DNA of 64,000 nucleotides, taken from positions 5,085,464-5,149,463 of the forward strand of contig JBLDXI010000042.1 in assembly GCA_047495785.1 (NCBI GenBank), read 5' to 3'. Shown here one piece after another: positions 35,603-47,136 of the stretch. The translations under genes and the position numbers were made by a program. Source of the DNA: Lepidodermella squamata. Taxonomy: Eukaryota; Animalia; Gastrotricha. The notes beneath the pieces are model-generated. The model made no database searches, was not told the origin of the DNA, and worked only from the letters and a program-made list of their open reading frames with translations. Each line of letters starts with the position of its first letter. The first letter of the stretch is position 1.

Positions 35603-37575
35603 TCATAGGTCATCGTGAACAATGGTGTACCGCATCGGAGACGGGCCAAGCTTAGCGAACGCAGATTCCGGCGGCTTGATCGTTTCCGCCTTGACAACCT
35701 CAGCCTGCTTCAATTTCACCGCCTCTCGCTTGCTCAACTTCTTCGTCGCCAGCCCAACCGGTTTCGGCAACATCGGAGTCGTTGATCCGACGATGTCTTC
35801 ATCTTTTACATTGGCTAGATGCTCTGTTGTAGTCGTTGTGCTCAGCTCAGTCGTAGTAGTAGGGGCCGGAGCTTCCGTCATGCTTGGTGGGACTTGAGCC
35901 GGGGCTGGAGCTGGCTGGTTAATGCTGATAATTTGAACCCCGGGCGCGTTATTGTTCTGCTGATCTTGAAACTGCTGTATAGCCTGTTGCATCCGCATTT
36001 GTTCAGCTATATGAAAATCCTGATGCAACTTGCCGCTGATCATGTCTAGCACAAACTGCCGCAGGTGGTATTGATTCGGCTCTTCCAATTTCGCTTTGAC
36101 ATCCGTAGAAGGGAAAACGTACATATGCTTCAAATCGTCGATAGCAATGACTGGCAAATCGTTGATTGATTTACCAAGTCTTGTCAAAGGATGAGTGAAT
36201 ACGAAGCCATCGGCAATAAGAGCGTTGAGTCCGGTTGTTTGATCGCCCAGTTGCCGGTCGACTTCTGCCATGTAAGTTTTGATGACGGCTTTATCGTCTG
36301 GGTTGTAGAATAGGATTAGCATAGGCAGGCCTTCTTCTGTTAGGGCTTCGGCATTTTCGAAGGTTATCTCGCGGACTATTGGTCGGCAGTGGGTGTATAG
36401 AAATTTGTGGAGAAGGTTCAGATCGTTCAGGTCGTCATCGAAGTCGTGCGACTCTTGAGTCTGTTAAAATGTGTGAAAACAACAGTGATTATGTTGCTTC
36501 CACGAAGCACTTTATTTCGGAACAAAGTGGCAATTTTACCGAAGTAAGCTCGAAACAACCCGATGACAAGAAATTAGCCCTTTTCGGTATGTTTCCTGCA
36601 TCGACCAACGTCAAGTACTGAATGGTTCATTCGAATTAAGGAGATAAGTCAAGGATAAATCGCTTTGAGGAGATTTTCCGGCAAATGAAAAAATATGAAA
36701 AATTCTCAAACCCCCGAAACCTCTATCCATTTCGAAAAATACCGAAAATAAGCAATTCAATTACCATTAGAAGGTTTTCTATCGGGGTTTTCTATCTAAC
36801 CGGGGTTTCTATCAAATTCTGTGGAATCTTTATGCTCTATATCGTTAAGGGAATTTGCTATGCCCAGTAAAAATCTTCAAGACTTACCATTGGCGAGTAG
36901 AAGCGAATCTTGAACGCATCTGTAGCCTTGATGATCTCCTCAGGCAAGTCATCGCCAACATAAGCATGGAACTTGCATTCATCCCTCAGCGAGATGGCTT
37001 GCTTCCGTATGAATTCCAAAACATTCATAGACGAAGCGTCATCTTTCCTTGAGGCCCTTGCCACAATCGCAATGTGCCTGGCTTTCTCACTGAATTGAAG
37101 AATTGACGCAAGATCCGTGGAATATTCGATAGGATCTTTCAATTGAGCTTCGACGTATTGAGCCAAAGCGTCTGGAGTTCTCGGCCCTCGATACTCCAAT
37201 CTCGCCGTCGTGCCACTCCGGACTAGTTTAAGAGTTGGGTATTTGTTAACGCCGTACCGTTGGCAGATACTTGCGCCTTCACCAGGACAATCGACTCGGG
37301 TGAAAACAATTCTAGACCCGTCGTACTTTTGAGCTATAATATTTGACGCTTCCTCATAGACAGGCGCCAGTTGCCGCGAGTAAGGACACCAGTCTGCGAA
37401 GAAGTTCATGAAAACCAGCTCGGATTTTGCCAAAACTGTTGCAATATTGACTTCCTCCAGCCTCATGATCTCACAGAAAGACAGGCTGATCGATAGGATC
37501 TAGGATGGGGAAAAGTCTTAACAACGGTAACCAAGGACGCCTAAAGCATACCGAAATCACGGCGAACCTCAGCAT
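35603..37575 (-). CDS. ERP44: ERp44-like ER thioredoxin-family protein, paralog 1 (WCPYS; ends HDDL; long Q/P/T-rich tail)
   Basis: Exons 37575-37552, 37499-36888, 36460-35603. Signal peptide, NFFADWCPYS, KYPTLKL, CRPIVREITFENAEALTEEGLPMLILF, DDLKHMYVFP, SGKLHQDFH, PPESAFAKLGPSPMRYT. Confidence 0.93.
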
Positions 37576-37684
37576 GACCAGTGTCTTAGATTTTAAATAA
37601 AAACCTAGGAAAAATTCGGAAAATTAAATAGCACATCTTTAATTTTAAGGAAGACTTTTCGCTTTCATTCAAAATAGATATTTC

Positions 37685-39081
37685 TTATAGTTCATCCCTG
37701 GCTTTTGAGTAGCGCAAGTAGGACGGACCCAGTCGAGCAAAAGCAGACTCAGGCACGTCACGGTATGGCATATTAGCATCAACAAAGTCTGGGACGTTCC
37801 TCCCCATTGCCATAGGATTCATTTCTTCAGGAAGCACAGCCTTTCCAAGATGAGGCTCCGCCGTAGTCGAATTATCCGCCTCAGCATTTTTTAACGCAGC
37901 AGCTTGTTCTGCTGCTTCTTTCTCAGCCTGTAAGGCTTGTTCATTCGCGTGAAATTCCATATGCAACTGCCCAGAGTACAACTGATGGGCAAATTCGCGA
38001 ATCAACCCAGGCGTTGCCATTTCTTTAGTTGGCCTAGGGAAAATGTACATATGCTTGAAGTCGTCGATAGCCAAAACAGGCAGGTCCTTCTCAGTCCGGC
38101 CGAGTTGTTTCAGAGGCAGTTTGAACTTGGTTCCATCAGCGAAAACTGCTTTTATGGCGAAGCGATGGTCTGGGATTTCACGTTCGACGTAGGCAGCATA
38201 GTCTTTGATGATGTCGCGGTCCTCGGGGTCGTAGAAAAGGATAAGGAGGGGAATTCCGCGTTCTGCAATGTGTTCAGCATTATCGAAGGTGATTTCCTCA
38301 GTTAACGGAATGCAGTTGTCTTCGACCCAATTTTTCAGGTCTTCGTAATTCTCGGCATTGCCTGGGAACTCGATGTGCCTCTCCTTAACCTGGATTGATG
38401 AAAAAGGACGCAACGGATTATCAAAGAAATCTGAGGATGACTTACCTCAGGCCATGTGAAACGGAACTTATACGGGGCATTGCCCATCAAATCTCGATCT
38501 TCTCCTGTTAGTATCCCGACGAAAGCGTGAAATCTGCAGTCATCTCTATGCTGATAAGCTATATCCTCCAAATTTTTCAGGGCTCGTTGCGTAGGGTCGG
38601 CAAGATTATGGTCAGGCTGAATCATCATAGTTACATGGCGTTCATTTTCAGTCAGGTCTAATAACTGATCGTAGTAGTCAAGGTAGTCGATAGGGTACGT
38701 GCGCTCCTTCTCAAAGTATTTTTTGAACGCTTCGACAGTTCTAGCGCCTTTGTACTCGAGTCTAGCGAGGAGGCCACGGCGGAATAGCCGCAAAGTAGGG
38801 TATTTATCTACGTTAACTTGCTGGCACCACGGTCGCCCGCCCTCTTCGCAATTCACCCGAGCAAGGCGGACGTTGGACATGTTGGGCATTTTGGCGAGTT
38901 GATTTGCGGTTTCTTCGAAGATTGGCACCAAATTTTGGCTGTGGATGCACCAGTTGGCGTAGAAATTGACCAGTGTTAGGTCGAAGTCTTTAATGACTTC
39001 CGGCGTGCTGATTTCTAGCACGGCGCTTTCAGCGAGGGCAAGCGGCGATGCTAGCAGCAGAAGAACGGAAGCTGCCAACAT
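37685..39081 (-). CDS. ERP44: ERp44-like paralog 2 (WCIHS; ends RDEL)
   Basis: Exons 39081-38446 and 38389-37685; signal peptide; CIPLTEEITFDNAE, DDFKHMYIFP, SGQLHMEFH, PESAFARLGPSYLRYS. Confidence 0.93.
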
Positions 39082-40986
39082 TTGGATGCGAAAATAATGA
39101 TGGCAAATGGGTATTTTTTATAATATTTCAGCTAAATACAAACTAAAACCTGAAACGAGACGAGCAATATATATAAATATCTAAAAATTCAAAGTTATGA
39201 TTCATCTCGAGAAAACCTGAAAATTCCGTCAAATAAAAATAAGGGATACTCATAGAGAACAGAAGTACAAGAGAGGAAACTCACGCTGGAAACTTGAAAC
39301 ATTAATTCGAAGCGGTTTTTTTAAGCCGGATCTTTTTACAAAATGCGTGTAATTTTTTAGCGCACTTTTCTCGCGCAAACCCACAAAATTTCGGCAAAGC
39401 TTTTCTCCGGCTGTACTACTTCAAATCGGATTCCCCTTTTTATGGTGAATAGACCTGGTCTTGAACTTCAAAATTGCAAAAGGTTAGGTAAATATATGTG
39501 CATATATGCAACGGCTAAGTAAGAAGTACAGAAGTACAGAAGTGGTTTGCCAGATGAAGATTTTACAACAAAAGGATATCACCGAATGACGAATTTGCCG
39601 CTTGGGAACGGATATTTCCACGCCCATTACGTGAAAAAGTGGGTGTTACTCCAACACTTCCTAAAAATTTGCTATTGCGTATACGGACCCGCCCCTTTGG
39701 GGTTAAGTAGTTTAAAGCATTTTCTATCTCCATGCAAAAATTTATTTAAATCGGCGACACACCGTTCGACGAAAAAATTCGTTGAAAATGAGCTATTTTT
39801 GCGAAATTTTTCGCTGAATTCGCCTTATCTTAGTGCGAGCAACAGCTAATAATTATGAATCATTGCTGCATTTTTTGCATGGTGATGATTTATAATTTGT
39901 GCAAAAAGATCACACCAAGATTATTAGGAATACTTCCAAATGTGTATAGAAATAAAAAAATCGGAATCGATCTAGATATCGGGACAATATTGACGTGAAA
40001 TATCCCATGCTTCCGAAAATCAGCAATCATTTATCAACCAGCCATTTCCCAATTTTTCTAGTCCAAAAGCGCAGGGCACAGTGACACAAGCCTTTTGGTT
40101 GACATTTATAGCGCATACTCCAGCGGATATACTACATAGCGCTTAACATCCAGAAACATCTCTCTATGTGTGTATGTCGCAACAGAACGCGTGAAAAAGT
40201 CAAGACGTAATAAAAGCGCGACAATAGCCACAGCTCAACACAGTGCCCCGAAATTGCACAACAATAATACGCGCTCAGGACTCAGAACAAGCGCACATCT
40301 GCATCCTTAGTACTAGCGCGCAGTGTTTTTTGGAAACAAAAGACACATATAAAGGTAGCAGACCCATAGCTGCTTTGCCTTATGCGCAGAAACCACCACC
40401 ACTGCAAGACCTCGGCATTAGCTAGCAGGTAGTATGCTAGGTAGGTATAGAATCAATAACAATGCACGCCGGCTGTGGTCTACGTATTCACGTATGCATG
40501 TTCATTATTATTACACTGTAAAAAGCGTTTTATACTATTAAGATATGCCACGTGGCACGTTTTGCGGCCTGGTCACACTGCTAGAATTAATTTGTATCTC
40601 AAAGAATTATTGGGTGAAATCTTACACGATTTCCTCTCTCCGATAAAACTGCCGATAATTGATCTGGTTCGGGAAAGAAAAATGTGTCTCCCAGAAAGTT
40701 CAATTCAAACAATAGGCGTAGTTTCGAAAAAATGTTGGTGCGAAAATGATAAAGACTTAAAATCTGAATCTGGCCGGTGCCTGGTTGCCTGGCAACCGCA
40801 TATTAGCCCTGGTGAGAACATTTTGTCGAGTAGCTAAAACCTAGGGTGTCTAGAAGGCTGTCGTATGGTATGCCATTGTCATTCATGCGTGTGGCCTTCT
40901 CGAATTTTCATTCATCACCAAATTTAACGCACCAAATTGCAGGGAAAGAAAAACACTGGAAATGAATGACAATTTTATTGATTTCC

Positions 40987-42168
40987 TTAGAGTTCCTCAA
41001 TTTCTCTGAATGAATATTTCTTATCAGACGGTTCATATCGCTTAAAGCGGGATTCCGGAACCGGCAATTTGCCATCCAGAACTTTCAGTGTTTGTTGATG
41101 CAGCGATCCAGAGTAGTAGCCATACGAAAGCTTGCGAAGAGCCGAATCTCGCGACATTTCGGAGACAGAATCCGGTAAAAGGTATAAATGCTTGAAGTCA
41201 TCCAAAGCTAAAAACGGGAGGTCATCAATTGTTTTCCCCAACTTCTCCAGAGCTGTTTTAAACTTTGTCCCATCAGCGTAAACAGCTTTCAACGACCTTC
41301 GATAGTCACCTAAATCTTTCTTCACAGTTTTGATGAAATTCTTGACGGTTTTTTGATCGTTGGGTTGGTGGAATAGGATCAGAAGTGGAATCTTCTCCTC
41401 TGCAAACATCTCAGCATTGGCCTTAGTGATTTGTTGAGCGAGAGGGACGCAGTGATTCTCAGCCCACGGACGGAACTCGTCAATATCCCCGGCGTGATCT
41501 TCAAACTCGACAAAAGCATCTTCGTAAGACCGATCAAGGAAAAGAACTTTGTAGTTCGAGTCGCCGATCGTATCCTGAGGCATATCGTCACCAATGTAAG
41601 TCACAAAACGGCAATCATCAGATAACCACGATCCTAATTCGTTCAAATTCGCTAGAACGTTATCGGCCGCTCCAGATTTTCGATACTTCCCCGTAATCAA
41701 AGTTACGACATAACGATTTTTCGCGTCCAAAGCTTCGATTTCATCGAGGCTTTTCGCGATTTTGACCGGGCTCTCCAAATGGTGGTTCACATACTTCTTC
41801 AAAGGCTCGACCTCACGCTTCCCAATGTAGTCCCTTCGAATTGGTTTGCCTTTTCGGAAAATTTTGAGAGTAGGAAGCTTTTTGATCTGGAATTCATCGC
41901 AGAGAGCCATGCCATCATAACGGCCGCCATTTTCGTCGCAATCAACCTCGGCGAAGGTTATTTTTTGCTCCTCGGCGTAAAATTCAGCCAGCTCTTCGAA
42001 AACAGGAGCCAATTTCTGGCTGTGCTCGCATCGCTTCGAGTAGAACTTGACAAAAATTAAATCTTTGCTGTTGAGTTGATGAAAAGTTTCGCCGCCTGTC
42101 CTCACAACACTGGAAGCTTTCACCAAGGTTAAACTAATGGTTAATAATAAATAAAAGAAGCTTCGCAT
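40987..42168 (-). CDS. ERP44: ERp44-like paralog 3, intronless CDS (RCEHS; ends IEEL; short tail)
   Basis: Single ORF from ATG 42168 (MRSFFYLLL); CVPLAQQITKANAE, DDFKHLY, PESRFKRYEPSDKKYS. Confidence 0.92.
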   Translation of the reverse strand: MRSFFYLLLTISLTLVKASSVVRTGGETFHQLNSKDLIFVKFYSKRCEHSQKLAPVFEELAEFYAEEQKITFAEVDCDENGGRYDGMALCDEFQIKKLPTLKIFRKGKPIRRDYIGKREVEPLKKYVNHHLESPVKIAKSLDEIEALDAKNRYVVTLITGKYRKSGAADNVLANLNELGSWLSDDCRFVTYIGDDMPQDTIGDSNYKVLFLDRSYEDAFVEFEDHAGDIDEFRPWAENHCVPLAQQITKANAEMFAEEKIPLLILFHQPNDQKTVKNFIKTVKKDLGDYRRSLKAVYADGTKFKTALEKLGKTIDDLPFLALDDFKHLYLLPDSVSEMSRDSALRKLSYGYYSGSLHQQTLKVLDGKLPVPESRFKRYEPSDKKYSFREIEEL

Positions 42169-42382
42169 CTTAATGTATGAAAGGTAAAACAATAACAGTC
42201 CATTGAAGCATCGCTTTGTTTATTGTTTTGATGTTTTTAATTACTGAGCTAGTGCACTGGTTGATGATCTTGAACTCACGAAAAAAACATGCAAATAATC
42301 TCGAAAATTCGTTTATTCTCGATACTTCCGATGGAATGAAAGATTTTGAAAGGAGCATTCTAATTTCAAGTGATTGCAAGAT

Positions 42383-43739
42383 TTAAAGCTCATCACCATC
42401 ACGCCTAACAATTGTGTATCGCTGTTCATTAGGTTTAAATTCTTTGAAGATAGACTCAGGTACTGTTGTTGGAATTGATGGCGCTACAGCTGTTACTGTT
42501 CCATCATCCTCTATGATGTACTTTTTCTTGACGGGAACTCCCCGCGCGCCTCGAATCGCCGCCTCCTTTTCCTCTACAACCTTCTTCTCAAGCTCGTGGA
42601 ATTCGTTGTGCAGCTTCCCGTTGTAGAGGTCGAAAACAAAAGAGCGCAGAGGCCAATGCGGGGCCTCGAATTTTTCGACCAAAGTTGGGAAATTATACAT
42701 ATGCTTGAAGTCATCAATCGCAATCACCGGCAAATCATCCACTGTTTTGCCCAACTTCGCTAAAGGTTCAGGAAATTCAGTTCCATCAGCGTAGACTATC
42801 TTAATGTTGTATCGGTGATCCGGCAATTGTGTTCGAATTGCTTTACCAAAGCGGAGAACGATGTCTCTATCCTTAGCAGGGTCGTAGAACAAGATGAGGA
42901 GCGGAATTCCACGCTCTGTGATACGTTCAGCATTTTCATAGGTCATTTCCTCCACCAATGGGTTGCAATTATGCTCGGGCCACCATCTTATCGTATCGTT
43001 CTCCAATTCCTCCGGACCGATCTCTAACGATTCTTCGAGCTGAAATATTTAGAACATATTCACAATAAATCAAATTATGCTGTAGACAGCCTCTTACCAC
43101 TTTGTACATGTATTTTAGTTTATAAGGCTGGTGGCTGCCTAAAACGTTTCGCGGCATATCATCGCCGACGTAATAGTGGAACTTGCAGTAGTCGCGAAGG
43201 GTTTCGCTGTATTTTTCGATCTCTTGAAATACTTTTTTCCCAGCTTCAGTTTCCATAGCTCCTTTCCTCATCAGCAGCACAAGATGGCGTTCCTTGTCGT
43301 CGAATTTCGCAACCTCAGTGTAGCTCGAGGCTTGTTCGAACTTGTGAAGAGCGACTTCTTTGAGGTACTTCTTCAACGCCTCCACAGTTCGATCGCCTTT
43401 GTACTCTATCTTAGCCCATTCACCCTTGTACCACAGCCTGATAGTTGGGTATTTTTCGACTGCCATTTGTCGGCAGAATTCCGCGCCGTCTTTATCGCAG
43501 GCAACTCGGGCAAGTCGGATCTCTGCCATATCCGGGTCATTTGCGATTTCGCTAGCTGTTGCCTCGTAAATTGGCGCCAATCGTTGGCTGTGGATGCACC
43601 AGTCAACGGCGAAATTGAACAGAACTGTTTTATATGGGTGGACGGTGTGCATGCCCCATGCATCGATGACTTTGCCAGGTTCGTGAGCCGACGTGACGGC
43701 GATAAGCAGTGCAAAGCCGAGCAAACTCCGCAAAATCAT
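42383..43739 (-). CDS. ERP44: ERp44-like paralog 4 (WCIHS; ends GDEL)
   Basis: Exons 43739-43098 and 43039-42383; CNPLVEEMTYENAE, DDFKHMYNFP, NGKLHNEFH, PESIFKEFKPNEQRYT. Confidence 0.93.
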
Positions 43740-45011
43740 TATGTTAACGTCGTAAAATAGAGTGATGATGCACTAGGATGAATTTTTACGCTATGTTATT
43801 ATATTTACTGGCTATTCATATTTTTAAAGTGTGCGTGGCGCCCCTCATGCTTACTGCTTACGTGGCATGTTATTAGAGTTGTAAAACGTAAAAAAAGAAA
43901 TTAGGAGGTCGCTCCTTGAGAAAAACGGCCAAGGATTTTTCTAGAATAGTGGCATCTCGATTCTTGATTTATGTAGTGTGAAACAAGTTAAGAAATAGGT
44001 CGAATTTCCCAAGCTGAATGTATATAGCTGCTATGGCTTTATCCCTGGTTACCTTAAAAATGCAGAGTCATAGTGACATTTAATTGGCTTGATTCATCAC
44101 ATCTATTTTCATATTAGCAAGGATGGATCGCATTTGAAGATGATGTCTTGAAAATTGCACAGATTTACAAAGCATTTAGGTACACATTAATTTTAGTGCC
44201 GAAAAATCGGAAAGTCGACAATGACGTAAGTAATCCAATTCAAGAGGACAGTTTATAACGAGCTGCTATGTATGGGACCTTGATGCTTTTTCAAGGAAAA
44301 AGAGAAGGAGAGTGTACAAAGGACAGGAGAGACCATTGGTCGAATAATTTAGAATTAAGAAAATAATGATTGCAATTTTATCCCTAGCGATTTTCATTCA
44401 CAGCGACGTCGGGATAGAATCCAAGACAACACTTGCAACCTTGAGCAAATTGCTGCGGGTGAAAGTATAAAGGATAAATTCTAGGGATGGTTGCTAAAAT
44501 ACTACCGTTTTACTCCCCAATAATTGACATTAGTTTTTGGTTATAAGATTCAAAGAGAAGCTGCACTGGCGAAAAGCTGGTTAGTTGATTAGCCCCGTAG
44601 CTGTTTACTGTTTATCTTTTTATCGTGTATGTGTGTATATGACTCGCGGTGCCTTTTGCAGCCATAAAATGTGAATTAAAAAATAGCGGATATCAAAAGC
44701 GAACGCAGCTCCTATAATGATGTTCGAGGTTTTGGATAGTTCTCCGTTCTCCAGATCCTTCATCGAAAATTGAAAAATAAGTGAGCTTTAGATCAAAGTA
44801 CCAAAGACATCTCTAAAATCAGCTATCATCCAAATTTTCCGTATCAAACTTGATGAGCAAAATGAACGCAAATACGATAATCAACAGCCCTTTATTGGAG
44901 TAGGACGAAAATAATCTCAATTTTCCCGACGGTCCAACGTCAAATGTACATTCAAGCAGTGCAGATTGAAAGAATCAATTTTACAGGGTATTATATTATG
45001 AAATAACTTGC

Positions 45012-46364
45012 TTAGAGCTCATCATCGTGTCTAATAAAGGTGTATTTGTCTTCTGAAGGCTTTAGTTCTCTGAACGTTGACTGAGGCACTGATGTGAGCA
45101 CAGTAGGCTGAACTTCAGTCACAGTTCCATCCTCCTCAACCTTATACTTCTTCTTCACAGCGACACCTCTCGCACCTCGAATGGCAGCCTGTTGTTCTTC
45201 CAGAAGTCTTTTTTCATTCTCATGGAATTGCTCATGTAACCTGCCGTTGTGGAGGTCGTAAACAAAGGTTAGAAGAGACCAATGTTCATCGAATTTGTCG
45301 ACCAACTTCGGGAAGTTGTACATATGTTTGAAGTCATCGATCGCAAGCACCGGCAAATCGTCCACAGTTTTGCCCAGCTTTTCCAACGGCTTTGTAAATT
45401 TAGTTCCATCAGCGTAGACCGCTTTAACCGCCCATCGTTCATTATGTAACTGCCTTCGAACTTCTGCGGAGAAGCGAAGCAGGATTTCGGGGTCTTTAGG
45501 GTTGTAGAAGAGGATCAGTAGAGGGATTCCGCGTTCTGTAATCTGCTCGGCATTTTCGTAGTTGATTTCCTCTAGCAATGGATTACAATGTTGCTCCAGC
45601 CAAGGTTTCATCGTTTCGTTGTTCAACTCTTCAGCGCCAATTTCAAAAGATTCCTTGAGCTGAAAGATTATGAGCGAAAAATATTGAAATGGAGATCTAA
45701 ATCAGTATTAAACTACACTTACCACATGGTACTGATACACGATTTTGTGCGGCTGATGACTGCTTAGCATGTCCTTGGGTATATCGTTGCCAACGTAGAA
45801 ATGGAATTTACAGAAATCCCGTAGAATTTCACTTTGTGTTTGCACCGCTGCAAATAGAAGTCTGCCCTCATCTTTTTCAATACTGGACAATCGCATTAAC
45901 AGAATAATGTGCCGATCAGTATCTTCAAATTTCGCGACTTCTTCCGGCTTGAAGGCCTGTTGAAACGTGTGGATAGCTACGTTGCTAAGGTATTGCTTAA
46001 TTGCCTCGACAGCTCGATCGCCTTTATACTCCAACTTAGCCCATTCGCCTTTGAAGTATAGCCTGATTGTAGGGTATTTATTCACTAGTAACTGCCGGCA
46101 TAACGGCGCGCCTCCTTTATCGCAAGAAACACGAGCGAGCCGAAATGAGTCGAACTTTGAATCGTATGACATCTCGCGGGCTGCTTCGTCGAAAATCGGT
46201 GCCAGTTTGCGGCTATGATGGCACCACTCCGCGACGAAACTCACCAGCACGATTCGATAGGCTGACAGCTGTGACTCGTCGCTAATTTCGATTACTGAAC
46301 CCGGCGGCTCGCTTGCCATAGCGAATTGCACAGCTGCAAACCCAAAAAGGCTTAGCAAGAGCAT
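45012..46364 (-). CDS. ERP44: ERp44-like paralog 5 (WCHHS; ends DDEL)
   Basis: Exons 46364-45723 (alternative ATG 46391) and 45659-45012; closest to paralog 4. Confidence 0.93.
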
Positions 46365-47136
46365 TTCAAAGATTCCTGGTTCTAAAAACATTGGAAAACA
46401 TTTGTTACTTGGAAGCCTATACTAATCGCTCACAAAATGCTTCATCGGCTGAGGCTAACTGTGAGAGGCAGAGAGTATCAAAGCCTAAAAGAAGGCTGTT
46501 ATTCTTAGACCCCTATCAAAATTCAGAAGCAGACGGGCATAGGTACCCATCTGAAATTGGAGGTAGGGATAATCAGCGCAATCACACAGACTAGAAGTCG
46601 ACAAATTCATCCCAACTTAATCCACATTCACAACTAGACGAAAAACATGAATAGCCGGTGGGTGAAATGATGATGTTTAATTGTGGGTCAGGAAATGTCT
46701 CCATTTCTCGATCCTGCGCAAAAGAACAGCATAAAACCGGCTAATAATTCGCAATTAAGTTGCAAATTAGTTGCAATTGGGATGTGGGATGTGGCGATTA
46801 CATTCTAGAAAATAACCGGCTGAATTCCGAGATCTGGTGCTTCCGCACGCTGCAAAGCACGGTTTCGTGATTTTGAAAGAAGCGCGCTGACGTGGCGCGT
46901 GACGAGATCAAGGGTTACAGCCGCCTATTAATATAAATAGCGTCCCTAATATACGTCATTAAGAACAATGGCTTGTCATGCCAAACGTGACGTCGCATGC
47001 TGCAAAGGATGCACTCCACATAACAGATTAGCGTAGTTTTTTACTACGACGTAATAAGTAATAAGGATTAATTGTTACGCGTTTTTTTGGTTCCAGAATC
47101 TTCCGAAGAACATAAATTGTGAGAATCTGATTTTAT

